64,000 nucleotides of DNA from Cenococcum geophilum. Taxonomy: Eukaryota. The position numbers and the translations under genes were made by a program. The stretch lies in NCBI GenBank assembly GCA_050273025.1, contig CP158635.1, positions 25,854,001 to 25,918,000 of the forward strand, given 5' to 3'. Below are positions 52,317 to 64,000 of the stretch, piece after piece. The notes beneath the pieces were generated by a model. That model had not been told where the DNA came from. It worked only from the letters and a program-made list of their open reading frames with translations, and made no database searches. Within the stretch, counting starts at the first letter, position 1; each line of letters starts with the position of its first letter.

Positions 52317-53212
52317 ATGTCTTTCCCTGGTAACGTTTCGAACGGCCAGTCCAACACAACCCAAAAACAGGCAGGCAGGCAGTCAATTCGGAGGCAAGAG
52401 ATTGAACTAGAAAGTCGGATTCATAGACAACACGATGCTAGCCTGGAGAAACCCAAATCACTGGGTGCTGGTGTAAGTATCCCAACGGACCTCAACGATG
52501 CTTTTATCTGACAGAGACAGACGGCACTGGCAATTGGCATTTAGTACGACTCTGACCACATTGTCGTTATCTCTCGTGGAATGGCGTGACATCACGATGA
52601 CGAATGTATACGTTGCCAATTTCTTCTTCGTGGCAGCGTTTGGCCTCGTCATCGTTGCTCGATGGGAGCTTGCCATTAGGAATAGTTTCGCTTATACAGT
52701 TTTCAGTGCCTTTTGTAAGAATCTGACAAGGTCCTTTTCTGAAAAGCTTTTGCCTGACAAGTGGAAGGGGCTCTTTTATGCCGGTTACGCTGCAGTTCTT
52801 ACACCGTCGTCTAGAATCGTACAGGCCTATGGGCGAAATACAGCTCAGTACAACAACGCTCTTGGATTCTTTATGATTTGTAAGTGATTTGAGCTCGGGG
52901 TTGACATATCCATTGCCGATAGGTGGACCGCTGACATTCTTGATCGCATCATTGCCGACAAACCTTGTCTACATTTCAATTTTCTTTCTTGTTGATCTGG
53001 GATTCCTGATGGTTGCCGCAAGCTATTTTGCAGAGGCGGATGGCCACCATACTTCAGCCGAGGGCTTGAAGAAAGCCGGTGGGGTGTTTTGTTTCCTCGC
53101 TGGTTTGGTTGGATGGTATCTTACATTTCAGTTGCTCCTGAAAGACTCGCTTGTAGAGCTTTCTCCGAGTGACAAATCTCGATACTTCGGCAAGAGCAGA
53201 AAGAAAGAGTAA
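52317..53212 (+). pseudogene. GPR1/FUN34/YaaH (AcpA/Ady2-like) acetate transporter, frameshifted
   Basis: Family-like segments TTLTTLSLSL, NFFFVAAFGLV, WEL..N.FAYTV, YNNALGFF and AGGVFCFLAGLVGWY. After intron 52473-52520 the frame reads TALAIGI* (stop 52542-44), and the conserved frame is shifted. Confidence 0.78.
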
Positions 53213-53590
53213 AGCGTATGTGGCAAGGCACAACGTTACCTGCGAAGTAGTTCGGCTTGTGAGAAGAAGTTGCTCATCTTTATCTCATAAATCAGACACC
53301 TCATGGAGAATTGGGGGAGGGTGCACTTGCATTCTGCTCCTTATACCCCTTTAAATTCTCTGCGAAGCGTCTAAGAACTTATGGTCTTAGCTTTAGTAAT
53401 AGCTAAGCACTAAAATACACTAAATATTGTCTTTTTTACTGTCATATCTTGTACCTTTTTTAATGTCTAATTTTTTTAAAAATACTATAATGTAGGAGCT
53501 CTTTAGCTTCTCTATTTATTGCATTTAACAACAATACCATGGCTATATTATATAAAAAGAGATAAAAGTTAGCTTCAAAATATTTAGTTA

Positions 53591-53728
53591 TCCCTTACAC
53601 CGATGATTTGGGTGTTCAAAGCCGTGGTCCGTGCGCACCAATCAAGCCCCTAACCGCCTACAGAGTTAGGGGCTTAATTGGTGCGCACGGACCACAGCTT
53701 TGAACACCCAAATCATCGGTGTAAGAGA
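53591..53728. mobile_element. 138 bp hairpin MITE with piggyBac-like terminus
   Basis: 64 bp arms (53591-53654 and 53665-53728) with 3 mismatches, a 10 bp spacer and TA on both flanks. Starts tccctta like the element at 2541. Confidence 0.85.
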
Positions 53729-55409
53729 TAACCAAGACCGTGCCTTTTGTAGAGAATTCGTTTAGTTAATAAGGAGCAGTATTGCCCGTGCGTGAACATA
53801 AACGAACCAACCACGGGGGGTCTGATTTACGAGATAAGCTCATCTCGACTATAAATGGCGAAATCAGCTGCCTCGCTGCGTAATTGGCAGACAAACCAGT
53901 AACTTACTCGCACGGCTTGCAGATCTCTATGCAGTAGAGATAGGCTTGGTAAGATCTGGACGGCTGCGCGTATCGGTGTTCCTGCATCTAGGACGGCTAG
54001 CATTACGAGGACGTAGCGTGATTACATGCATACTGCCCATGCGGCTTTTCTCTATTAAAGGCCTTGTTCCCTGAAGGATCTGTTGGCGTCTACGCCTACG
54101 TTATAGACGTCATATACCACCCCCGCACGAGCCAAAAGGTTCTTCCGCTCCATGCGTAAGCTCCTGAGGCTGTAATATGCATATATGATATGCGTTTGGC
54201 TTACCATAGGTGGTAGAGTCTGGGTGAAGGTGGTGGTGTGAAGTCGTTATCGTGATATTAATAGCTTACTGAGAGCTAAAGCCTATGCTACCCAAGGCTC
54301 TAGACCTCTGGGTGAGTTATGCGGTTACCTATGTATAAAGGCTCCAGTTTGTGAAGCTTTGGTAAGTTATTCTGAGCCCCCATATAGATCCAGCAGTAAG
54401 TTGAGGATATTCTGAAATAAAGACGAACGGTTGAGTCGAAGTCTATAAGTCTATGATGATTATGCGCATCTATTTGAGCACGTGGTGTCGTCGGTCTCGT
54501 ACAGGGAGCTACAGCAGTATAGCAGGTGTATGACCTTGCACCGAGCTTCGAGAACCCTTGAGTCTTTATGCCACGCTCGTCGATGGAGAACCAGTCACGC
54601 AGACTTGGAGCATTGGACCTCCTCTGTCGCCAGTTCTTGGTTTTCCGGTTCTTGGGAAGCCGGTGGACTCAGTGGACTAGCTGTATCTAGCGCAGCGCCG
54701 CCGATATACCGAGCACTCAGAAGGTTTCTTGGTACTTCTGCTATATTATCCTGGCAGTGGTGCCGGATGCTTTGAGGAGCAGAGCTCTGGTGAGGGTTCT
54801 AAAGGCGGCTCTAAGCTTGTTGTCGAGTATGCTTCAGTCTTTTATCGATCCACAATGCGCGACAACTTGTAAGTGCCGTTCATCGAGCACCTTACTCTAC
54901 GACCTTCTCAAACTCTCTACCTGGTGTCTTGGAAGTACTAACGCGGACGTTACAACGATGCGTTGCCGCACAGTTCCCGGGTTCTGCATTGTAAGTAATA
55001 TGAAAGTGACTGCGATGGAAGAAGAAAAAAAACTCTGATGTTGGCATTGAATGAATGAATAATGGAATGAGACGGTAGTATAATTGGTGGATAGAATTCT
55101 CTTTAGACGGGTGGAAGAGAGGGTACGAAAGTCATTCGTAACAGCATGACACACTCTATGAGAAAATTGATACTTTATTGCAACCCGAAATTAGTCCAAA
55201 CGCCAAAGACGTACGCTCCGATAATATTCGGACTATTATATGAGCATTTCTAGCCGCTCAAGTCGCTGTAACCCATTGCTCCCAATCCCAGCCGGCCTTA
55301 TGCATTCAAGAGGTGCTTTCACGCCCGTCTCTTTACCCACCCTACAAACCCTGTGTACCGCTCAAGACGCCGAGAAACCAAACCGTCACTCTAATGCTTT
55401 TGTAGCAGT

Positions 55410-55804
55410 TTAGATGATAAGAAGCTGTGCATAACGATGAGAATTTATCTGCAATTAGATATGAATATACTCTTACTTGCTCCACACATGCGTTTGCTTG
55501 TTCACTGGCAGGGTTAATTCGTGACCAAGCTTGGTAGATAACGGCTCCGCTAAGCATCCAAAGAAGAGGAACCGATCCTTCGAGAGCAGCTGTGAAATGT
55601 CAGAAAAAGGTTCAAGTGAACGCAAAAGAAATACCAACCCGGGCGGCTTGACGCTGCCAGCTCAAGCACTTCAGCGGAGGTGCGCCGGCTTGTTGCCGCA
55701 CTGGAATTGAAACGCTGGAAAGTAGAAGCCGGCACGACTCTATTTCGGAGTGTGATAGGATTCATGAACGAGACCCTTCTCGGGAATGCTATGCGCGGAG
55801 ACAT
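55410..55804 (-). CDS. Small (~97 aa) uncharacterised protein, probably mitochondrial and single-pass; exons 55804-55639, 55589-55477, 55424-55410
   Basis: Arg/Ser-rich presequence-like N-terminus (..FQRFNSSA), one hydrophobic segment VPLLWMLSGAVIYQAW, and two canonical introns in frame. Confidence 0.62.
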
Positions 55805-56938
55805 GGTGGCGGTCAAGAGAAATGTTTGTCGGTGTTTGTGTCGGAAAAAGGGGGGAAAGCCGCCGTGTAGCGAGAAAGTCGGGGCAGTTGACGCGTTTTC
55901 TCAACTCAGAGTTAAATATCTGGATCTTCCTGGCACGGCGAGTTTAAGTCTGACTGTGCCAAAGTCTATCGTCGGGCTTTGCACATAAAAGAGTTCGCTA
56001 TCCGACAGCCTTTCTTATATTTAGAGCGGTGAAACAGACCCGTGCGGGAGGCCACGACGACGGGGGTTTAGCCCCTGCATCGTGTTACTCTCATTCCAAT
56101 TAATCTCCCCCGTGGGGTTTAACGACTTTTGTTTTCGCTCAGTGGAGGGTGGGGGAGAGACTTATGAGGTGTTTTTTGCGTGTTCGAATGACCTTGTGAT
56201 GATTTTTGCCTATTACTGTGGGCGTGACACTTCTGGCAGACGTTCGATTTCACTATGGGTTTGCCGCCTGATGCAGAGATTTCCTGCGGCTGAGCCTCGT
56301 TTCGTGGACCCTTGCGGCCTCCTTTTTCGGCATCTCAACACGTCCACTTCCAGGTGCGACAGCAGTTTAGCAATATTCACAAGTATACCTGCGATGATAT
56401 ATTGAAAGCTTATTCAAGTATTGACTGCGAGTATGAGTGCTTGTGCTATTTGTTCCTTGAGGTAAACCCTTGCTAAGGCTCTCACCTCACTCCAGCGCAG
56501 CCATTCAAACATCAGGCCGTACATCTCCAAACTCGAGGAAATGGGTGCCGGTCCATTTCCTGGGCAGACATTCTATATACAGTCCGGCGGCTTCTGCCCA
56601 CCTAGTCTTCTTTAATAACAACATCAAAGGAAGCAGAAAACGCTTAAACGCATATGGTATAACAACGAATGAAATGCCTGGTAGAGACCGTCGCGGTGCG
56701 CGACCATAGTCGCGGTTGTAACGTGAAAGCCTCAAGAAACAGTTTAGTAAAGACGGCACAAGGCCCACAACACGCCTAACGCAGCCCTCTCCAGCCCACA
56801 AGCGGGGGCGGCGGGGACGTCATATCAAATATTGCGAAACAATGAGTGATGAAATAGCAGCCAAATTACAATTTGCATCAAACATCATGCGTGAAGTGTC
56901 AAAAAAATACTCAAAAAACCCCTTACGGACTACAATTC

Positions 56939-59900
56939 TTAAGTGTTTTCCTTGTGCATCTTATCCTCAACAGCTACATCCTCCTTTTTCCCGATTTCAA
57001 AGCCCTTCTTTGGCTTTCCTGCGTTCGCAATGGCTGCCATCTGTGCTTCCCTAAACATTTTAAACTCTTCTGGGGCCTCTTTCTCTAGTCTCTCTAGCTC
57101 TTCAGCATTCTGCCCAATTCGTTGTAATGTCTCCTCCCATCCATCGCTCTCGATCGCTGCACGCATCTCTTCGCCAGTTAGATTGTTCAATTTATCGCAC
57201 AGAGCTTGAAGATGGTTGGGTAGCTCTTGCTCGCCTTCGAGAGCATTGTGCAGATCGGGGCGAGGACCTAAGGAGGAGGTGGGGCATGATGAGTTAAGGA
57301 TCTCGTTCCGTACGCGCTGTCCAAGGCGGTGAATGCGACCTTCCTCAAGCGAAAGCGCTCGTGAGGCGAGCGAGACGTCTGAGTTGTGCCTTGATCTCAG
57401 TATGGGCTGCTCGTCTTCGTCAGAATCAGGCTGGGACGGTTCAGAGACGCTAGTGGTTAACGTTTGGGTACTGGAGGCTGGGGGAGAAGTCGAGCTAGGT
57501 GTGGAAGAGTGCGTGGAGGCATTGTCGGCGGTGACGGTCTCTGAGGGCTGGAGACGGCATTCCGGGTATTCATCTTCAAAGCGCTGAATCATGCCTTGAA
57601 GGGTCTGGTCCAGGAAGAGAAGACGCCCTGAGGAATTGTTAGTAGAGTGTTCGCGTTTCTCGTGCGAATAAGTCGTGAATGCATTAATAATGACAAGGAT
57701 TTGGGGGCTTACGAAATGCCATCTCATTGCCGGCCCTGGATTCCCGCACGAGAGCTGGCTGTAACCGCGCTCGGATGTTCCGTGCGCTCGACAAGAGGTT
57801 TTTCGACATGTTCTTAGCCCTAGTCGTGCCGCCTTCAAGGTTTGGGATATGGCCTCGGGGTGTCGCTGTGCCACTGGCCGGAAGTGATCTCCTGCGTAGA
57901 TCAGACGCCTTTTGCAAAAGGCAATAGCTGAGTGCTTTGACCACCCCAGTACCACCGACGATATAATCATCGTCAGGCGCCGGTTCATCATCATCATGAT
58001 TTTCACTGACGCCTTCCACGTGGCCAACGAGATGCATCAACACTTCAGGCACCTCAACTTCCTTCCCGCTGGCTTTGAAGTCTGACCCAGACTCGACATC
58101 CGCCATGCGCTCCATATTCCGCAGACAGTACGCATCGACTTGCTTCGCCAGTGCTTTGACGACCTCGCTCGTTTCTGGACCGGGAACGTCGACGTCTATG
58201 CATATAATTGTGTCTGATACGTGTACAGCAGCCATTAAAGACGCGTAGAGAGCACATGCTTCCTCCTGAGTGGCTTCGTCAGCACCTGTCGAGAGAGCGG
58301 CTATTTGCGGATTCTCTAGGATGTTGAGATGTGCAAGGTGGTCGCATTCAGGTAGGATTTCTGCAAGCCCTATAGCCTCAGCAGGTGAAATTGAAACATC
58401 AAGTAAGTGAAGTCTCTTGAGCTCCTTCAGCTGAGGCAAGTACTTCCGGAGAGTACAAAGAGAAGTAGGCTGAGAAGTAGAGAAGAGATCTCTATTATGT
58501 GAAAGGTCTAGAAAGCGAAAGTTTGGTAATGATACCAATGCGGGAAAAAGAGGTTTTAAGGACTCTTGGGTAAGACTGCAGTCTGCGAGGCTTAGAGCCC
58601 ATAGAGGACAATCTTTGTTCATGCCTTCACAAAGGCGGTTGATACCATTTCTTAGGTCATTTCCTCCCAGATCTAAGCCATGACATACGCCAGATCGAAC
58701 ATAGCGAATGATATGGTCAAGGCCTTCACTGTCAATATCGTTGCCGGCGAGGCCTAGCCTCTGGAGTCCACTAATAGTCACACCGTCGATGATCTTTCTT
58801 ATACTCTGAGAGTTAAGCGAGCATTCCGCCATGATAAGCTCTTCAAGCTGTGACCCGGCAAGACGCTCAGAGATTGCTTTATAAAGGATCTCGGCAGTGT
58901 CGAGTTGTGACGTCGGTTTTGCCACAGCTTGGGGAAATGCTATCATAGAGACGTCGATTGCTTTGAGGGACTTGCACATGTATATGAACAAACTAATATG
59001 CTTCCAGCCATCTTTTGTGATTTTAGGGTTGTTCTTGAGAGTCAGCTTCTCCACGATCCCATATCGTTCTTCTCCCTTTCCAAAGCTATCCTTCTCGCCT
59101 TTCTCTTTAGCCCATGAGCGATATTTAGGAGTTTCTGGAGACTTTGCTGCAAGCAAGCCTGCGAGAATGATGCGCGTTTTCTCATTTGTGAGGTCGGCGT
59201 CTTCAAGTAGTAGCTTTTTAACGGGAACCACAGCTAGCCAGTCGCCAAGAGTAACAACATCTGCAAGTTGTAGTCTTGACCCGGTAAGGTCCAGACATGG
59301 CACAACGCCTGGTGCAGCAACAGCACAACTGGGAAGGGCTGATAGCTGATCACTAATACGCTTGAGGATCGGTGTCTCTCGAAGTTGACAACACCGCCGA
59401 TATATCCGTAGAGGATCTGTTGTCGGTCGATCTTGGGCTTTTGGTGTTGATGTTCCGGATGCGGCGGGAGTGCCAGTTGGGCTTGTATCATCATCAGCTC
59501 GTGTTAACTCAAGAGGTATAGAACCGTTCTCCTCAGCCTTCCTGCGCTTCTTTTCTTTCCTCTCCTTACGCTCCGCTTCGGACCTCTTCTTCTTCTCTTT
59601 CTTTTTGCTAGTTTCTTTCTTGTCTTCATCTAAGACTGTACCCTCGGGATTTGGTTCATCCTCCGTACCCGCGATCTCATTGCTGATTTGAACAACCCCG
59701 GCTTTTTCTTCTTCTTCGGCCATAGCCTCCGGATGCTTTAAAGCTTCACCCTCGCCGCGCTCCTTGAGCTTCTTTTCCTTGCGTTTCTTTTTCTTCTCCT
59801 CAGTGTCACCCTCATCCTTGTACCGAGGTCCTCCGGCTATCTCCACATCCACGCAAAATGCCACACGCCTTAGTTTCGACTCATCGAGCTCTGGAACTAG

Positions 59901-60701
59901 GCACCTCTCGCGTCTGTGATCAATGTTCATAACCTTCCTAGGACACATTCCTCCATTCGATATCATCTTGCCGGGAAGAGCCGCCTGCGAGCCGGATGAT
60001 AACCGGCGAAGCGCACTCGTGAAGAAGGATGAGGTTCCAGCCTTCGGCGGCTGGGGAACATAAGGCTCAAGCGGCTCCGCGTGAGCTTCTTGTGGACCTC
60101 CAGATGCGACATGTGAGTTGTCGGCGGCCGCATGGTGATATGACGTAGTTGCATGAGGTGTGTTTGGATTTGGCGGGGTAGTTTGCGATTGTGCAGCCGG
60201 AGGATGTGATGGCGAGCTCTGTGTGGATGAGAACTTTGCACTTATGCTAGATATCCACGAATTCCGTCTTGATGTGGATTTGGAATCGTGAGGAGTAAGC
60301 GTCACACTCTTCTCTGAGCCGGACCGCCCGAGGAGTGTGGGACGTTTCGGAGGCGTTTTTGTGGGATTTACGACAGGAGATGCAGGTACAGATGATGGCG
60401 ACGGAGGTTTCTCGATTGAGGGAACAGTTCCATTGGAGACATGCGCATCGTCTAGATGGTCGTGCGGAAGGTCACCATGGGTAGATGTGCGAGGTGGTGC
60501 ATCTCTAGCAAGGCCGGGGGATGATGGGGCATGTAGACGATGGTGATGATCTGTTTCGTAAGGTGAGTTGTGCCATATTCACGCGTGGGAATGCCGCAAG
60601 TGTTCCCCGGTTTCTCGACAGGAAAGAACACCCTTCGTGAATCGCTCACCTCTATTTGAATGATGCAGCCAGGACACATCTACGCCATGAATGTCCTCCA
60701 T
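56939..60701 (-). CDS. Mhp1/Gip3(Her1)-like leucine-rich-repeat protein, ~1192 aa; introns 60649-60551 and 57712-57628
   Basis: MEDIHGVDVSWLHH start, LRRVAF (RVxF PP1-docking-like), IYRRCCQLRETPILK and RNI-like LRRs. The spliced length is a multiple of 3. Confidence 0.85.
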
Positions 60702-61589
60702 GAAGGATAGCTAGAGTGTTTGGAGTATGTGCTATAAGAGGAGCGCCATCCGGGTGAGGCAGAGGCAAAAGGCTGAGGTTGATGGAATTGTCAGCGGGCG
60801 CTGGAGGTTTAGCCGGCGGGGTTTCTTGGTTGCGAAAGGGCGGAGTAGGTCTAGATGCGATTCACTGAGATTCGGGAATCAAAGAATGGTTCCTTGCAAA
60901 ACCAGATCTGAGGGAGGTATGGATAATTATAAAAAAAAATAAGAGCATCGCACAGTGTCTCACGGCAGCTAATATGGTTTATTTTACTCTAGAGAGTGAT
61001 TTCTCGGAGATCAGTTGAATGGTCAAGGCTGACCTGTGACGCTATGATGCAAAATTGCTCTACCGCCGATTCGGCAGTCATTCTTCGCGTCCGCATCAAA
61101 GGGCTCAAGACACTATTGTTCTCCCTGACGGAGTGGAATGTTTGATTTATATGAAACTCATCATGACGACGTGAGCCATCTGGACGGCTCGAGCAATATA
61201 TACCTTCTTATGAAGCAATCGACGAACACAGCAATTTTAGAAGTTACCCCGACAAACTCGGGTTCCGATAGCGCCTGGACTCCAATGCCCAAACCAAAAG
61301 TAGTTGACCCGTGTGACTTCGGATTAGTATGCTGACCAACGGCGATCGTGGCAGGTTGGCAGAGATTGGCACCCTGTCGCTAAGGCAATTGTGTGGCGCC
61401 AATAGCTGGGATCAGACATTCACGAAATACAGCACGATTCCCCGTTGGCAAAGTTTTCCATGGGCCATTTCCCGTCGCGTCGTCGTTTTCATAAATGTAG
61501 TTACAACAACTTCAATGCGATTGGAAGTAATAAGTACCACCTAGACGCCATACATTGTGCTAACTGAAGTCGTGAAAGCAAGCCCTTTT

Positions 61590-62725
61590 TTAGTTGCCTT
61601 TGAGCTCGGCGATCTTGGCCTTCACACGCTCCTCCTTCTCGGCCTTGTTCATCTTCCTCTGCTTGTACTTGAGTGACTCCTTCTTGTACTCCTCCTTGGA
61701 CTTCTTGTCGTCCTCATCCTCGTCCTTTTTCCACGGGTCCTCCCGAATCTGCTTGTGCGCCTCAGCATACAACTCCTCCAAACCATCGGCCTCAATATCA
61801 TCATCGATATATCCCTGGAACTGTGACTTGTAGCGTTCCTCATCGTCATCGGCGAGAGTCTCCATGTACTCAGCGACGTGACCGCCGAAGATGTATTTAC
61901 GGAGAGTCTCGGCATCAAGCTCCTTGGTTTCGATATCGTAGCCAGGGAAGCGGTTCTCAGAGTGAGGAACGTAGAGACCACCATCAGAAGCACCCTTCAT
62001 AGCACCAAAGACACGGGCGCCAGTTGACGTACGAGCGAGACCGACATCCAAGAAGACCTTGAAGGGACGGCGGGACTCGCCATCGTCACCCTCGGCGGCT
62101 TCAGTAAGCGAGAATTCACCATTAGCCTCCTCCACACCAATGAAGTCCTCATCCAACTCCAACTTCTTTAGTGTGCGGCGTGCAAGGAGAAGGCCGGTGG
62201 CGTATGCCGCAGCCCAGTTGGTAAGACCGTGGGTAATGCCATAGCGCTTGAGTTCGTGGCCGTACGCTGCGCAGAAGACCTTGTCGCCGGTGACTTCGGA
62301 TGTGACGATCTGAGTGATGATGTCGCGGTTTGTGAAGCGGACGACGAGGCGGTACTTGGGAGCATTGTACTTATTCTTGGCCTGGGTGATCAGGCGCTTG
62401 CGGGCGTAGTAGTCAGTCTTGCCAGTGCGGCGACGCTTGTACTTGACTTGGTAGCGCCTGAGAGGTCAGCACGTCCACTTTGGAGAGGGAAATGAAAGAA
62501 CAAGACACTTACGAGAAGTACGCATCGTTCTTGACGAGCTTAGACTGTATTGAACCCCAGAGTCAGCAATTGACGCTTCAAACCCTCGAAGCAACTTGCG
62601 AAGACTCCATTCTGTATTTCGTCCCGGAGTGGAAGTCTGCCTCAACTCCAGGAAGCCGCTGCAGGCCTTAAAAATGTATCGCTTTTGAATAAAATCAAAC
62701 TGCTAGGATGACTTACGAAAGGCAT
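61590..62725 (-). CDS. RPL5: 60S ribosomal protein L5 (uL18), 302 aa; exons 62725-62717, 62544-62513, 62457-61590
   Basis: [57 protein letters not shown]...[25 protein letters not shown]. Confidence 0.97.
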
Positions 62726-63347
62726 TTTGATTGTATTGACCTTTCAGGTTGGCGTCGCTGATCGTTGCGCTGTGGAAAAGGTTTTAGGAGGACGGAAGTT
62801 TGCGATGTGTGCGGTTCTCGCTTAAATGGGCTTTTGATGCGCTTGGTGGTTGAGTTCGAGGGTGGGCTCCAAGCATTCACCAATACCATAGACAAAGTTG
62901 AATTATTCATCATAATTATAAGAATTGCTCGTGCGAGGTGCTGTAGAGGTTCAAAGTACATAGCTATGCATACCAGTAGAAATTTACATTTGGTATTCAT
63001 TTCACAGCTCTTTGTATCACAACTCTAGAAAGCAGCATATCTAGGCAGTACAACCGATATAGTGCGCCGAGAAGTACACCTAAGGATTTAAATAAAACCC
63101 ATTCTGCTGGAAAGCTGCTATAGTAAATTTAAAGACGGTTTTCGCTGCGCATATCCCCCCAAACCTCCACCACCGCAAAGATGACCCCGCACGGACCGCA
63201 CAACTACCATGCGGAGAAATACGCCCACCGAACAACGTCGACGCAAGCCCCTCCAGCAACGGTCAGGCACGGATACTGCTGAAATTAACCACCGCCCAGC
63301 TGTACTATTTCTTTGCCTGTCCTCAACATTGATATATTTCGAGCATC

Positions 63348-64000
63348 ATGACGGAGGTTCCCATAGGTAAGTTTGTCACTACACTTCGCAGGTTCACTTC
63401 TAGCTGACCGATGTTTCACAGTCCTTGATGGTGGGACTGGGTTCCTCAAGGCTGGGTATGCGGGACAGGTTCGTTCTTACTATTCCTGTCCTTGCGTCTG
63501 TGGACCTAATTGACCGATTTGTTGTCTTTGTGCAGAACTTCCCAGACCATCAGTACCCTTCAATAGTCGGCCGACCAATCCTTCGTTCGGAAGAAAGAGA
63601 TGGAGACATTGTTGTGAAGGACATAATGTGTGGTGATGAAGCAGCAGTAGCACGGTCGATGCTTCAGATTACATATCCTGTACGGTTGTCCCGGATTATT
63701 CCTTAACGCACAAGACTACGGCCCCAGTATTTGATTGCGCTCATCGGCTGACCTCGTTTACCGCCGACAGATGGAGAATGGTATTGTGAAGCGATGGGAC
63801 GACATGCAACATCTCTGGGACTACACTTTCTTTGAAAAGATGCGCATAGATCCGACAGGCCGCAAAATCCTACTCACGGAACCGCCGATGAACCCTCTCA
63901 AAAACCGCGAACAGATGTGCCAAGTGATGTTCGAGCGCTACGGTTTCGGAGGCGTATATGTTGCCATCCAAGCTGTCCTAGCGCTCTATGCCCAGGGCCT
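63348..64000 (+). CDS. ARP2: Actin-related protein 2, 5' part (runs off the window), three introns
   Basis: Spliced [89 protein letters not shown]. Confidence 0.95.

Noticed and set aside
62884..62889. ATG-only first exon for RPL5 (ATG|GTATTG)
   Set aside because: The ATG at 62725 has a good CAAAATG context and gives the expected MPF N-terminus.

Overview
Genomic DNA of a filamentous ascomycete (Pezizomycotina). This is inferred from short GT-AG introns with CTRAY branch points and from NsdD, SREBP and Mhp1 homologues. Bases 1 to ~27.2 kb are an AT-rich nest of dead transposons mutated by RIP (CpA->TpA, TpG->TpA). It contains a 1.5 kb foldback, a piggyBac-like element, a pogo/Fot1 element carrying a hAT that carries a MITE, a near full-length Tad1-like LINE carrying a non-autonomous LTR element and a deleted Tc1/mariner, a second hAT, and a copia-primed TRIM-like element. 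Most boundaries can be read from TIRs, LTRs and TSDs. From 27.6 kb to the end is ordinary euchromatin: CNOT11-like, Pmp3, CsbD/LEA-like, IDO, a HAD hydrolase, SREBP, NsdD, a frameshifted acetate transporter, a small mitochondrial-type protein, Mhp1/Gip3, RPL5 and a partial ARP2, plus a 138 bp hairpin MITE. The most unusual signal is a piggyBac-type element and a probably related MITE that both appear to duplicate TA instead of TTAA. All calls come from reading the sequence by eye; no database searches were run.
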